Positions 1 to 10,405 of a stretch of DNA of 33,958 bases are shown piece after piece. Position numbers and translations under genes: made by a program. Source of the DNA: Tepidisphaeraceae bacterium (GTDB lineage: Bacteria > Planctomycetota > Phycisphaerae > Tepidisphaerales > Tepidisphaeraceae); the NCBI GenBank assembly GCA_051962375.1, contig JBQCCH010000078.1, positions 1 to 33,958 of the forward strand. Reading direction: 5' to 3'. Positions within the stretch are counted from its first letter, which is position 1, and each line of letters starts with the position of its first letter. Under the pieces are notes generated by a model that had not been told where the DNA came from, made no database searches, and worked only from the letters and a program-made list of their open reading frames with translations.

Positions 1-615
1 CCGTGACGCTGTGGGCGGTCGGCCTAGCGTTGCATCAGCTGAAGCTGACTTACAAAAAAAGGCGATCCACGCCGCCGAGCAGGATCGGACCGACGTCGCC
101 GAAGCCCGCGTCGCTTGGCGTGTAAGCCAGGCCGGGCTTGATCCTGCGAAGCTGCTCTTCATCGACGAAACCTGGGCCAAGACCAACATGACGCGGCTGC
201 TTGGCCGCGCGCCGGTGGGCGAGCGTTTGATCGTCAAAGTGGCGCATGCGCACTGGCACACCCCCACGCTGGTGTCCCGTGCTCGACGGGGCAATCGACC
301 GGGACGCGTTCGAGGCCTGCGTCGAGCAGGTCCCGGTCCCCACGCTCCTGCCCGGCGACGTGGTGGTGCGGAACAACCTCTCCAGTCACAAAGGCCCACG
401 CGTGGGCCAGCGGATCGAGGCGGCCGGGGCGAGACTCCTGTATCTGCCGCCGTACTCACCGATCCGAACCCGATCGAGATGGCCTTCAGCAAGCTCAAGC
501 TACTGCTCCGCTCGGACGGTCACCGGACGACGACTGCGTTGGGTCCGACACGCAACGCCTGCTCGAGCTCGTCACGACCCGCGACGCAACCGGCTCATTC
601 AAGCACTGCGGATAA
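1..615 (+). pseudogene. IS630-family DDE transposase relic; 5-prime end lies outside the window, several frame changes
   Basis: Homology blocks are split across three frames. LLFIDETWAKTNMTR..GRAPVGERL is in the frame of ORF 11..628. LLPGDVVVRNNLSSHKGPRV..AGARLLYLPPYSP is in the frame of ORF 246..644. DPNPIEMAFSKLKLLLRS returns to the first frame. SFKHCG-stop (TAA 613..615) is in the third frame. These are typical IS630 catalytic-region and C-terminal motifs. Confidence 0.8.
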
Positions 616-701
616 ACGCTACAGGTGAAGTAGGTTTGCGCTAATTTTGGATAATTCGATGAGTGCAACGCATGAGTTTGCTCCTGGCAGAGATTGCTGT
701 T

Positions 702-3700
702 TCAACGTTGCTTGCGAAGCGAGTAAAGGCGATCGGCCAAATTGCGATTCGCTCGAATAAGCTCGTCGTGCGGGGTATCGGTCGCGTTGATGAAGCCGCG
801 CAATACGGCCTCGCCATCCGGCCGGCCGGAGATGGGTTGGTCCCGATATTGAAAAAAATGAGCGCCGACCAGGAGTGGATGTCGCAGGGCGGCCGTCATA
901 TAGGTCTGCAGCCACATCGCGTGCTCGTCCGGGTCCCACGCATCGGCCGTGCGCCCGAAGGGTGTTTGTCGGTAATCCGAGCCGAAGCCCCATTCTCCTA
1001 CCATGAATGGCTTATCGACGATGCCGACATATTGGTTCAGCCGTCCCGTGGGCGTGGCGTCGTAGATGTTGTACGAGATGACGTCGCAGTAGTCGGCCGC
1101 AATTTTCATCAGGCCGCCATCGATGTGGCCATGAAAGCGGCAACCTAGATACAGCGTGTTCGGAGCGACGCGCTTCACTTCATCGCGGCAGATCGTGAAG
1201 TAGGTTTTTGCGAATTTCTTCGCAAAAGCCGTCATGTCGTCGTTCACTGCCGGCACATGCACATCGGGTGGATCGGTTCGCTTCAGCCAATCGTCCCACG
1301 AAGCATACGTTGCATGCCATGCTTTGTTGAGCGCGTCCATGTCAATTCCGTACTTGGCCTGAAGATCGCGACAGAATTCCCGCTTCGCCCACTGATCAGG
1401 GCTGGATGTAATTGCACGTTGCGCGAGTTCCAGTCCATCACGGGCCGAGCCCCATTGCAATTCGTTATCGACGAAATAGCCGATGTTCCACGGGTCATCA
1501 CTCGTGATGCCGCGTTCCTCGTGGAGACGGGCACGAAGTTGTGCGCGGAATGCCGGGTCAAACACATCGTGATGATGGCCGAAGTTCAGACTGTGGGCGT
1601 GAATCGCGACCGTGTAAGGCGTTCGATGCGCGAGGTAGACGCGGCTATCCGACCAGTTGCCGATCGTGTTGAAGCCCCAGCTTCGCAGCCGATCGTTTGC
1701 AAGGTGGACTATGGTGGAGTCGTAATGGTCGCCGTACTTGCGGGTCAGCGTATAATCGACCAGATCGACACCCGTCCAAGGTTTGTTCGTGTAGTACATG
1801 TAGCGGGCGCCGTTGTCCTGATGCCAGAAGCGTCCGGTGTCGCCGGTTTTTGGCGGAAGCGCGGCGAACCAGAATTCGCGTTCGCTTACTGGCGTCACGT
1901 CGCCGCCGAATCCCACGCCCGTGGGGCCGTAGCTGAAAAACAGGTGGCCGGCGGGATCGACCAGCCACCACTTGTTGCCGACTTTTTCGGTGCGAAAATG
2001 CCCGGTGGCTTTGAGCACCGGAGAAGCGGCATCGCCACCGTATTCGTCCCAGCCTGTGGGCCCAGGATGTTCGGCCAGATCTTTGGCTTCGTCGGCGCGC
2101 GCTTGATGCAGGTCCTGGTCGGAGTAGACCTTCCCATGCCAGTGCCCATGGATGTATTGGCCGAAGGCGTCGATGAAGGGGAAGAACGGCTTGGGCAGCG
2201 TACATCCCTGTCCGCCGAGTGCCACGCGCTCAAGCGTGGCATTGCCTTGATCGATGCGGAGCTGAATTCGTCGGATGTCGGTCGGATCAACCGTGCCGTC
2301 GCGGACATCCATGCTGCGAACGTACATAAAATACGGGCAAAAATAGAGGTCGCCCGGGTCACGCGGGCGAACGACGATCGGCAAGCGCAATGTTGTCGAA
2401 TCCGCCGTCGTCAGGTCGGCGATATCACTTACACAATTCCGCACGGCGCCGGCACCGGCGCTTTCTAGACGGTATTCCACCGTGGCCGGCGAAGTGCCGC
2501 TGCGTTTGAGTCTGAGATCCACTTCCGCGTGATGCGATAGATCCCAGCGTGTCGTGGTGGGTTCCAAAGCCAGTAGATTGCATGCTTCGTCGCCGTTTCG
2601 ACGTCGGACATCGATGCCGGAAAGATCGACCGACTCAAACGCCGAAGGATCAGTCAGTCGGACCCGCGCGACCGACCGAGAGCCGGCCCAATCCCGTGGG
2701 GCGATCGCGATACCTCGGACCGCCACGTACCGAGCGCCATTGAGCATAATCGCCTCATCGATCTCTGGCGAAGGTGCGAGAATCGCGGGACCGTCGTTGC
2801 CGAATGTCGCGATGGTGATGGGCTGATCTGCGGTGCCAGCACCGTGAAGCGATAAACGCGTTGGGTAGGTCGCGCCGGAACGCAAGAGAACGTGGCAACC
2901 GGGAGCCAACCGCAACTGGCTCAATCGCGCCAGAGATCGAAATGCCGAGCTGGCGGATCTCCCGTCCGCGGCATCATTGCCGGAGGTCGGATCGACGTAA
3001 TAGGTAACGCCTTTTTCAGTGTTCACCAACGCCGGCGGGGTGCAGGCGACGGACAACGGGGTGACGGGATGGTCGGGCTCGAACGTCACGCGGAAATTGA
3101 CCGATCCGTCTCCGCCGTCGGCGATGGCGACGCTCGTGCGAAATTCGCTCAGGCCCTTGTCGTTGATGGTAAAGACATGTTCCGAGCGAGCGTGCGCCCA
3201 GAGGAATCGGCTCACGTTCTTGCCCCCGACGGTGTGCGAGTTCCGGCCATCGTCCGGCCAGGCGACCTCCGCTCGGATCGCGTTGGAACTGGTAAGAGGG
3301 GTAACTCGACGGTCCGCATGAATGACCTGAGGATCGATCCAGATCGAGTGATCCCCGAAGTTATCGCTGCCGGCCTGGTCGACGGAGAGCGTTAGTTTTC
3401 CCGGGCCGGGGAGCGAGAGCGTGAGCGTTCGGATTGCCCCGGCGCGGACAGGGCCAGTCGATAATTGAAACTGAGGGGTGAATTGGTAGACATGGGGCAT
3501 CCCTGGTTCGGCTCGGCCGTCGACGAAAGGCTGATCCCACGTACCGGTTCCCAGAGATTCCCAGTCGCCGAAACCGATGCGACGCGCGACCGTATAGGGG
3601 GTTTGTAACGCATTCGTCAGCCGAATTTCAATAAGATCCGACCCACTGGCGGACGCCGTCACTGCCCCTGAGGACGGTCGGGGCGCCCCGACGAGGGCCA

Positions 3701-3746
3701 TAACGATGACGATAAAACCGCCATACCTCTGCATCGAATTCCGCAT
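702..3746 (-). CDS. Secreted ~1000-aa multidomain glycoside hydrolase: NPCBM-like module, beta-helix-like region, C-terminal clan GH-A (beta/alpha)8 barrel (GH42/GH50-like)
   Basis: Single long ORF (track 702..3773, TTG start). The ATG at 3746 follows GAGGAA and gives MRNSMQRYGGFIVIVMALVGAP, a signal-peptide-like N-terminus. The N-terminal part (GDHSIWIDPQV..RFLWAHARSEHVFTI..FRTSVAIADGGDGSVNFRV) looks like an NPCBM carbohydrate-binding module. VTYYVDPTSGNDAADGRS..SLARL resembles the start of a right-handed beta-helix. The C-terminal barrel carries YFVDNELQW (acid/base-type NE) and FMVGEWGFG (nucleophile-type E), plus FRTEKVGNKWWLVDPAGHLFFS. The family assignment is from memory of motifs only. 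Confidence 0.75.
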   Translation of the reverse strand: MRNSMQRYGGFIVIVMALVGAPRPSSGAVTASASGSDLIEIRLTNALQTPYTVARRIGFGDWESLGTGTWDQPFVDGRAEPGMPHVYQFTPQFQLSTGPVRAGAIRTLTLSLPGPGKLTLSVDQAGSDNFGDHSIWIDPQVIHADRRVTPLTSSNAIRAEVAWPDDGRNSHTVGGKNVSRFLWAHARSEHVFTINDKGLSEFRTSVAIADGGDGSVNFRVTFEPDHPVTPLSVACTPPALVNTEKGVTYYVDPTSGNDAADGRSASSAFRSLARLSQLRLAPGCHVLLRSGATYPTRLSLHGAGTADQPITIATFGNDGPAILAPSPEIDEAIMLNGARYVAVRGIAIAPRDWAGSRSVARVRLTDPSAFESVDLSGIDVRRRNGDEACNLLALEPTTTRWDLSHHAEVDLRLKRSGTSPATVEYRLESAGAGAVRNCVSDIADLTTADSTTLRLPIVVRPRDPGDLYFCPYFMYVRSMDVRDGTVDPTDIRRIQLRIDQGNATLERVALGGQGCTLPKPFFPFIDAFGQYIHGHWHGKVYSDQDLHQARADEAKDLAEHPGPTGWDEYGGDAASPVLKATGHFRTEKVGNKWWLVDPAGHLFFSYGPTGVGFGGDVTPVSEREFWFAALPPKTGDTGRFWHQDNGARYMYYTNKPWTGVDLVDYTLTRKYGDHYDSTIVHLANDRLRSWGFNTIGNWSDSRVYLAHRTPYTVAIHAHSLNFGHHHDVFDPAFRAQLRARLHEERGITSDDPWNIGYFVDNELQWGSARDGLELAQRAITSSPDQWAKREFCRDLQAKYGIDMDALNKAWHATYASWDDWLKRTDPPDVHVPAVNDDMTAFAKKFAKTYFTICRDEVKRVAPNTLYLGCRFHGHIDGGLMKIAADYCDVISYNIYDATPTGRLNQYVGIVDKPFMVGEWGFGSDYRQTPFGRTADAWDPDEHAMWLQTYMTAALRHPLLVGAHFFQYRDQPISGRPDGEAVLRGFINATDTPHDELIRANRNLADRLYSLRKQR

Positions 3747-3886
3747 CTGTTTCCTCACCGCGTCATACCACAAACTGAATTCTTTAGGGATTCAAAGATC
3801 GCTCCTTTAAACAACGCGGGTTTCATAGCGTTTAAAAGGAAAGAAGTGGGTGGCAGAATTTTCCCGAAATCGATCTTGTGCGATTT

Positions 3887-3907
3887 TGGGACTCTACTAG
3901 AATCCCA
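3887..3907. promoter_or_regulatory. Imperfect 21-bp palindrome in the divergent promoter region between the GH-A hydrolase and the esterase gene
   Basis: TGGGACTCTACTAGAATCCCA matches its reverse complement at 18 of 21 positions. It lies in the ~385-bp divergent intergenic region 3747..4132. Confidence 0.3.
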
Positions 3908-4132
3908 GATGCGGATTTTGCTGGGCAGTACCCTTTCTTAGATACGTCAATTGGCCGGAGCGAACGATCAAGCCGTCGCTGCTGGTCGCCGATGGGCGAT
4001 CGCAAGGGAGGCCGAATTTCGCTCACGGAGGGATCCCGCAAAGCTGCTGGCATCTGTCCCCACCGGGCTGCGCGTCTCGGCCGGCGGAGATTCCGGTGCG
4101 ATCTGTAGTGGCGGTTGTATGGGAGTAAGCAG

Positions 4133-6052
4133 ATGAGGACTTTTCGGCATCGATCTTGGCTGGCAACATTGCTCCTGTGCACATCGTCGGCGTGGGCTAC
4201 GGTCACGCCGAACGGGCTGTTCAAGGATCACGCGGTGCTACAGCGCGGCGTCGAACTCCCGATCTGGGGCACGGCATCGCCGGGTGAGCAGGTCACCGTC
4301 GAAATGAACGGCCAGATCGCCAAAGCGACGACGTCCGGCGACGGCGGCTGGAGCGTGAAGCTTCCTCCCATGGCTGCCGGCGGGCCTTTCACGATGACGA
4401 TTCGCGGGAGCAACTCCGTCACGGTCCGCGATCTGCTGGTGGGCGAAGTCTGGCTATGCTCCGGCCAATCCAACATGGAATGGCGGCTCTCCGGCCGCGA
4501 GCCCTGGGCCGGAGACGGTCTTCCGGCTCAGGCGGCGCAGTATCCCATGATTCGCGAATACGCTGTCGCGCGAGATACCGATTATGCGCCCGTGACGCAG
4601 GTCGGCGGCCAATGGTCGGTTTGCTCGCCGGAATCAGTGCTGGGTTTCAGCGGCGTTGCTTACTTTTTCGCGCGCGATCTGCATGCCGATCTGGGCGTAC
4701 CGATCGGAATTATTGTTTCTGCCTGGGGTGGCACGGTCGCCGAGGCGTGGACCAGCGCGACCGGGCTGAAAACGCTCCCTGATTTTCAGGAAGCCGTCGC
4801 CGAGGTGGAAAGGAAAGCAGAGCGGGAAAAGAGCGCCCCACCGATCGGCAAGCAGATGGCCGCCTGGTATGGCGCGAATGACCCCGGTTCGAAGCCGGAT
4901 CAGTCCTGGAGCGCTGCGTCGCTCGACGTTTCGGATTGGCATCCCACCCCGGTGCCGGCCATGTGGAAAGGCTCCCTCGCGCACTATGAGGGCAGTGTCT
5001 GGTATCGAAAAGAAATCGAATTGCCGCCCGCCTTTGCGGAGCGTCCGTCCATCCTGCACATGGGCCGGTTGGACGAGACCGATACGGTCTGGGTCAATGG
5101 CCAGCAGGTGGGCTCGACCATGGGATGGAATCTCGATCGCAACTATCGCGTCCCCACGGGGCTGCTGAAGGCCGGGAAGAACACGATCGCTATCAGACTG
5201 ATGAATACGGACGGGCCGGGCGGATTTGAAGGGTCGCCCGATGCGTTTGGCATCGAAACCGAAGGGGAATCTCCATCCAGCGTGTCGATGAGCGGCACAT
5301 GGTTGTTCAAAGTGGGGGCATCGATCAACCATTCATCGCCATTGCCGATCGCCATGGGCAGTCGGCCGAATGTTCCGACGGTGCTCTACAACGGAATGAT
5401 CGCGCCGCTGCGACCGTTTCCGATCAAGGGGATCATCTGGTATCAGGGCGAATCGAATCAGGATCGCGCCAAGCAATATGAATCGCTCTTTCCAACACTG
5501 ATCGAAGACTGGCGCCGCAACTGGAAGCAGCCGAATCTCCCGTTTCTGTTCGTGCAGATCGCGCCGTTCAAGGGAATACGGCCGCAGATCCGCGAAGCGC
5601 AGCGAATCACGCTTTCCAAAACCAGGAATACCGCGATGGCCGTCATCACCGACGCCGGTGATCCGATGGATATTCATCCGCGGAACAAGCAGCCGCCGGG
5701 CTCGCGCTTGGCGCTGGCGGCCCGGGCGCTGGCGTATGGCGAAACGCTGGAATATTCCGGCCCCTTGTATAAGTCCGTCCAATTCGATGGCGATCGCGCG
5801 ATTTTGCGTTTTACCCACGTCGGCGACGGGATGGTCGTGAAGGGGAAGACGTTGCGCGGCTTTGTGATCGCAGGCGAGGATAAAAAGTTCGTCGCCGCCA
5901 AGGCGGAGGTTATCGGCGATACCGTGGTTGTGCGTGCGGACGGCGTGAACACGCCGGTGGCCGTCCGATACGGCTGGGCGAAGGTGCCGGACGTGAATCT
6001 TTACAACACCGCTGGCCTGCCGGCGTCGCCGTTTAAGACCGATCCCGATTGA
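4133..6052 (+). CDS. SASA-family (sialate 9-O-acetylesterase / acetyl-xylan-esterase-like) SGNH-type carbohydrate esterase with inserted galactose-binding-like domain
   Basis: The ORF track starts at TTG 4115. The ATG at 4133 is preceded by GGGAG with a 7-nt spacer and gives MRTFRHRSWLATLLLCTSSAWA (signal peptide). Hallmark motifs are LFKDHAVLQR, GEVWLCSGQSNMEW, SAWGGTVAEAW and IIWYQGESN. A central WYRKEIELP..VWVNGQQVG block resembles a GH2-N / galactose-binding-like insert. Confidence 0.88.
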   Translation: MRTFRHRSWLATLLLCTSSAWATVTPNGLFKDHAVLQRGVELPIWGTASPGEQVTVEMNGQIAKATTSGDGGWSVKLPPMAAGGPFTMTIRGSNSVTVRDLLVGEVWLCSGQSNMEWRLSGREPWAGDGLPAQAAQYPMIREYAVARDTDYAPVTQVGGQWSVCSPESVLGFSGVAYFFARDLHADLGVPIGIIVSAWGGTVAEAWTSATGLKTLPDFQEAVAEVERKAEREKSAPPIGKQMAAWYGANDPGSKPDQSWSAASLDVSDWHPTPVPAMWKGSLAHYEGSVWYRKEIELPPAFAERPSILHMGRLDETDTVWVNGQQVGSTMGWNLDRNYRVPTGLLKAGKNTIAIRLMNTDGPGGFEGSPDAFGIETEGESPSSVSMSGTWLFKVGASINHSSPLPIAMGSRPNVPTVLYNGMIAPLRPFPIKGIIWYQGESNQDRAKQYESLFPTLIEDWRRNWKQPNLPFLFVQIAPFKGIRPQIREAQRITLSKTRNTAMAVITDAGDPMDIHPRNKQPPGSRLALAARALAYGETLEYSGPLYKSVQFDGDRAILRFTHVGDGMVVKGKTLRGFVIAGEDKKFVAAKAEVIGDTVVVRADGVNTPVAVRYGWAKVPDVNLYNTAGLPASPFKTDPD

Positions 6053-6083
6053 GTTGGCGTAGCGTGCCAAAGCTGCAAAAAAG

Positions 6084-8408
6084 ATGAGGATAATGCGTAT
6101 GAAACCGACATGGATTCTGAAAACATTGGGCACCGTCATGATGACGACGACCTTCGTAGCCGCGGCGGACAAAGTGCAGCTCGTGGCCCGTCCGTTCGAC
6201 TTGGCGGATGTGCGGTTGCTACCCAGCCGTTTTGAGGAAAACGCGCGGCGCGCCGAAGCGTATCTGCTGTCGCTCAACGCCGATCGCCTGCTTTCAGGCT
6301 TCCGCACCGAGGCCGGATTGAAGCCCAAGGCGGAGAAATATCCGGGCTGGGAGAGTGGAGGAGTGTGCGGCTGTGTCGCGGGACATTATTTGTCTGGCTG
6401 CTCACTGGCGTTTCAATCTACTGGCGACAATCGCTTCCGCGATCGGGTGCATTACATGATCGGCGAATTGGCCGAATGCCAGAACGCCAACGGCGACGGT
6501 TACGTCTCGGCGATCCCTGATGGCAAGCGCATCTTCGCCGAGGTCGCCAAGGGTGAGATCCGCTCCAAAGGCTTTGACCTCAACGGCGGGTGGGTGCCTT
6601 GGTACACCACGCACAAAGTGATGGCCGGGCTGCGCGACAGTTGGCTTTATTGTGGCGACTCCCAAGCCAAAGAGGTGCTGGTGAAGCTTGCCGACTGGGT
6701 CGATCGTGAAGTCCAAGGCCTGTCCGATGCGCAGATGCAGAAGATGTTGCTCTGCGAGCAGGGGGGAATGACCGAAGTGTTGGCCGACGTCGCTGCGATC
6801 ACCGGGGACGCGAAATATTTAAAGCTGTCGGAGCGCTTCAACCATCATGCCGTCATCGATCCGCTCGCCGCGGGAGAGGATCGACTTAGTGGATTGCACG
6901 CCAACACGCAGATTCCCAAAATCGTCGGCGCGGCGCGCGAATACGAACTCAGCGGCGATGAGACCTTTCGCCAAGTCGCCGAAACCTTCTGGAACGCCGT
7001 CGTCTACCATCACAGCTACGTCACGGGCGGCAACAGCGACGGCGAGCACTTCGGCCCGCCCGACGTTCTCTCGACATTTCTCAGCGACAACACCACCGAA
7101 ACCTGCAATACCTACAACATGCTGAAGCTCACCCGTCATCTGTTCAGTTGGACAGGTGATGCACGGTATTTCGATTTTTATGAACGGGCATTGGTAAACC
7201 ACATTCTCGGCTCGCAAAATCCCAGCACAGGCGAAGTGACCTATTACGTGCCGCTCCGCTCCGGCGCCAAGCGGCAGTGGCAGTCGCTTACGAACAGCTT
7301 CACCTGCTGCGTCGGCACAGGGATGGAAAACCACGTTAAATACGGCGACAGCATTTATTTCCACAACGATAAAGACCTGTGGGTGAACCTCTTCATCGCG
7401 TCGGAGTTGGATTGGTCCGACAAGGGTGTAACGGTGCGGATGGATTCGCCGTTCCCGCGGCCGGGCGAGGAGACACTCACGATCAATGCCAAGCGGCCGA
7501 CGTCTTTCACCCTGAAGCTGCGTCGTCCGTTCTGGGCCACCGATTTCGCTGTCAGCGTCAATGGCGAGCCTGTGAAAATTTCTGCGCAGCCGTCTTCTTA
7601 CGTGGATATCGACCGCCAATGGAAAACCGGCGACCGCGTGCGGATCAACGCCCCGTATCGTCTACGCACCGAAAGCCAGCCGGATAAAGCCAACGAGATC
7701 GCTATCTTCGATGGCCCCGTGCTGCTGGCGGAAAAGATCGCCGTGCCTCAGGATCGCAAGACGGTGCTGGTGGATGATTCGAGTGAGCTATTGCAGTCCA
7801 TCCAACCCGCCGGCGAGCAGCTGGAATTCAAGTCAACCGGTGTCGGTAGGCCGCAGGATTTCGAGCTCGCCCCGTTTTACGACGCTTGGAAGGATCACTA
7901 CGCCGTTTATTTCGACCGGTTTACCAAGGCCGAATGGAAACAGGTGCAGTCGAAGTACGAGGCCGAGCAGGCCCGACAACGCGCGTTGGAAAAACAAACC
8001 ATCGATTTCTTGGCCATTGGCGAAATGCAGCCGGAGCGCGACCATAACGTCACCGGTGAGAACACCCGCGTTGGCGAAGGCATGGAAGGACGCAAATGGC
8101 GCGATGCCGACGGTAACGGCTGGTTCGAGTTCACGCTCAAAGTCGATCCCAAAGTTCAAAACAATCTTCTCTGTACCTACTGGGGCGGCGAAACCGTCAA
8201 ACGCAGCTTCGAGATCAGCGTCAACGGCAAACCTTTGGCCCATCAAGTGTTGGCCAACGACCGTCCGGGCGAGTTCTTCGATGTGAGCTATCCACTGCCG
8301 CGCGAGTTGACAGAGGCCGGTGGGACGGTGCGGATAAGGTTTTACTCCAGCGAACACAGCACCGTCGGCGGCTGCTTTGGCGCCCGCATGATCCGGGTAT
8401 CCCAGTAA
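6084..8408 (+). CDS. GH127 (DUF1680) beta-L-arabinofuranosidase-family glycoside hydrolase
   Basis: Motifs seen are GLHANTQIPKIVGAAREYELSGD, TTETCNTYNM (the Glu-x-Cys of the Zn site as known from HypBA1) and FTCCVGTGMENHVKYG (Cys-Cys with the catalytic nucleophile). An alternative and probably better start is ATG 6099, 8 nt after GAGGA, giving MKPTWILKTLGTVMMTTTFVAAA (signal peptide). Confidence 0.9.
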   Translation: MRIMRMKPTWILKTLGTVMMTTTFVAAADKVQLVARPFDLADVRLLPSRFEENARRAEAYLLSLNADRLLSGFRTEAGLKPKAEKYPGWESGGVCGCVAGHYLSGCSLAFQSTGDNRFRDRVHYMIGELAECQNANGDGYVSAIPDGKRIFAEVAKGEIRSKGFDLNGGWVPWYTTHKVMAGLRDSWLYCGDSQAKEVLVKLADWVDREVQGLSDAQMQKMLLCEQGGMTEVLADVAAITGDAKYLKLSERFNHHAVIDPLAAGEDRLSGLHANTQIPKIVGAAREYELSGDETFRQVAETFWNAVVYHHSYVTGGNSDGEHFGPPDVLSTFLSDNTTETCNTYNMLKLTRHLFSWTGDARYFDFYERALVNHILGSQNPSTGEVTYYVPLRSGAKRQWQSLTNSFTCCVGTGMENHVKYGDSIYFHNDKDLWVNLFIASELDWSDKGVTVRMDSPFPRPGEETLTINAKRPTSFTLKLRRPFWATDFAVSVNGEPVKISAQPSSYVDIDRQWKTGDRVRINAPYRLRTESQPDKANEIAIFDGPVLLAEKIAVPQDRKTVLVDDSSELLQSIQPAGEQLEFKSTGVGRPQDFELAPFYDAWKDHYAVYFDRFTKAEWKQVQSKYEAEQARQRALEKQTIDFLAIGEMQPERDHNVTGENTRVGEGMEGRKWRDADGNGWFEFTLKVDPKVQNNLLCTYWGGETVKRSFEISVNGKPLAHQVLANDRPGEFFDVSYPLPRELTEAGGTVRIRFYSSEHSTVGGCFGARMIRVSQ

Positions 8409-8430
8409 GCCAAGTGGCAAAAAATCCCTC

Positions 8431-8460
8431 TGTGGCCGGCGAGTAGGTTCGCCGGCCACA
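8431..8460 (+). terminator. Hairpin terminator candidate downstream of GH127
   Basis: Perfect 12-bp stem TGTGGCCGGCGA / TCGCCGGCCACA with a 6-nt loop, 23 nt after the stop codon. The following T-tract is weak (TGCATTTC). Confidence 0.6.
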
Positions 8461-8596
8461 TGCATTTCAGACCGGAAAAAGGTATTCCGACTGTCGAATT
8501 TCCTTGCCCAATTCCCGCGAAAGATTAGAATCCTCCTGGAATCCCAGGACGGTGGGATTTTCATGTCAGGGTTCGGCGGTACAGATGGAGGCTCAT

Positions 8597-9412
8597 ATGA
8601 ATCGGCGTGTAAGGCTCGGTGATCGGGCGCATTGGTCAGCGTTTACGCTTGTGGAACTGCTGGTTGTGATTGGCATCATCGCACTGCTGATCTCCATCCT
8701 GCTGCCGGCGCTGCATAAGGCACGGGAACTCGCCAAGCGAGCCAAGTGTCTCTCGAACCTTCGCCAACTCGGCGAAGCCTCGCTCATGTATATGAACGAA
8801 CACCGGCAGGCGTGGCCGCACCAGGAAGACGTTTATGCCATTCCCCGGCCGCTGGACGGGCTGGTCAACACGAAGCCGCTGACGACACCGGAGAGCTGGG
8901 TGGCCGACGTCTGGCCTTACCTAGGCAAGAGCGTCACATCGAAGGTGTTCACCTGCCCCAGCGCATTCAACCCGCAGCCGGGAACTCTCGCGCCGGGGCA
9001 GTCCGACCATCCGGACATCAGTTATGTCGCCAATGGCGTGACGGCGTGGCTGGGCGTTAAACGCTTGCCGCGCCCTTCGTCGGAGATCGTGGCCTATAAG
9101 GACGATCAGCAATACTCCAACGGCTCGATTTGTCGGCCCGCCTGGATGCGCGGGAGAAATCCCGCGGCCACGTCCGGCTTCTCTGGTTGGGCCGAATGGA
9201 TGTGGTACTACACACCCAGCGTCCAAATCACCAACCAGCCGCACATGAATGGCCAGTGCATGGTCTTCGTCGACGGCCATGCCGAATGGCGGCGATGGCA
9301 AGACATGAATTGGGCTCAGTTCGGTTTGTTTCTCTACAAGGATCCGAAAAATCCATATGAGCCTCAGATTGGCATGGGCTTTAACCGGTACGGTCAGATT
9401 TTATCGAAGTAA
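8597..9412 (+). CDS. DUF1559-type pseudopilin-like protein (prepilin N-terminal cleavage/methylation domain)
   Basis: [59 protein letters not shown] is a typical PVC type-II-secretion/pseudopilin N-terminus. The C-terminal ..[10 protein letters not shown] matches the H-X9-DG-like tail. GGAGG lies 5 nt upstream of ATG 8597. The ORF-track extension back to 8504 is probably not translated. Confidence 0.85.
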   Translation: MNRRVRLGDRAHWSAFTLVELLVVIGIIALLISILLPALHKARELAKRAKCLSNLRQLGEASLMYMNEHRQAWPHQEDVYAIPRPLDGLVNTKPLTTPESWVADVWPYLGKSVTSKVFTCPSAFNPQPGTLAPGQSDHPDISYVANGVTAWLGVKRLPRPSSEIVAYKDDQQYSNGSICRPAWMRGRNPAATSGFSGWAEWMWYYTPSVQITNQPHMNGQCMVFVDGHAEWRRWQDMNWAQFGLFLYKDPKNPYEPQIGMGFNRYGQILSK

Positions 9413-9513
9413 CAGACCTCGATCGATGGCATGGCGATTCGGGCAGTTGCTGGAAAACTCGGCGTATCCGCGTTGCCATCGTCGATCTTTTGCAATCCCC
9501 TCTGGAGCGACCT

Positions 9514-10371
9514 ATGATTTTTCTCGAAACCCCGGCCGATTTGCTTGAACCTGGCGAGAGGCGGGGTCGTTCTTCTTGGGAGCGCGATGTGAGCAGCGGT
9601 GACAGTCTTAGCGCTAAGGCCTATCGCCACCTCCATAACGAGATTATGAGCGGCCGGATCGGCGTAGGGGATGTCATCTCCGAACTTGCCATCGCTAAGT
9701 CGCTCGGCATCAGTCGCACGCCCGTGGGCGAAGCAGTGCGGTTGTTGGCCCGCGAGGGGCTGGTGCATCAGGTGCCGCGCTACGGCACGGTGGTACGCCG
9801 CCTGGAACGGGCGGACTTGGAAGAGCATTACGAGCTGCGCGAAGCCTTGGAAAGCTATGCCACTGCGCAGGCGGCGCGGCGGGCCTCGCCGACGGATGTC
9901 AACCGGATTCGCGAACTCTGCGAGGCGACCGGCCGATGGCTGAATGAAAGGGCTCCTGGCGATCACCAGACGCTCAGCGAAACCGAACTGCGCCAGTTTC
10001 TGGCGGCAGACATGGCATTTCACCTTGCTATTGTGCAGGCGGCGGGCAATCGCCAGATCATGAACGCCGTTCACGCCTCGCGTTCGATCCTGCGTATCTT
10101 CGCGCTACGACGTCAGCAGCATGACCGCGACTTGGTTTTGGACGCTTACCAGCAGCACTGCTCGATTGCCAATGCGATCGCCAAGGGGGATGGTCAGACG
10201 GCGTCAACGCTGATGCTTCAGCACATCCGTCAAAGCAAGCAGTCGACACTGGAATGGTATGACCTTGAGGCTCGCCGCGGCCAGATCGGCATGCCCGGCC
10301 TGCCCGCGGACGTGCAGCATGAACTGAACGAGGTCGAGGAACTCCTAACCAAAATCAGCCAAACGCCCTAA
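9514..10371 (+). CDS. GntR-family transcriptional regulator, FadR/FCD subfamily
   Basis: Winged-HTH block AYRHLHNEIMSGRIGVGDVISELAIAKSLGISRTPVGEAVRLLAREGLVHQVPRYGTVV, followed by a helical FCD-like C-terminal domain (LREALESYA..FHLAIVQAAGN). GGAG lies 6 nt upstream of ATG 9514. The track start at 9490 is a TTG. Confidence 0.88.
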   Translation: MIFLETPADLLEPGERRGRSSWERDVSSGDSLSAKAYRHLHNEIMSGRIGVGDVISELAIAKSLGISRTPVGEAVRLLAREGLVHQVPRYGTVVRRLERADLEEHYELREALESYATAQAARRASPTDVNRIRELCEATGRWLNERAPGDHQTLSETELRQFLAADMAFHLAIVQAAGNRQIMNAVHASRSILRIFALRRQQHDRDLVLDAYQQHCSIANAIAKGDGQTASTLMLQHIRQSKQSTLEWYDLEARRGQIGMPGLPADVQHELNEVEELLTKISQTP

Positions 10372-10405
10372 CCGAACAGGAAGGCCAAGCCGGAAGGGCT
10401 GGCGC

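Noticed and set aside
8504-8596. N-terminal extensions proposed by the ORF track (8504 for the pseudopilin, 12984 for the DUF3748 protein, 18764 for the MFS, 19990 for the kinase, 26131 for the isomerase, 14586 for the PATR protein)
   Set aside because: The extensions overlap upstream genes or lack a ribosome-binding site. Internal ATG or TTG starts with GGAG-type sites yield sensible signal peptides or family-typical N-termini.
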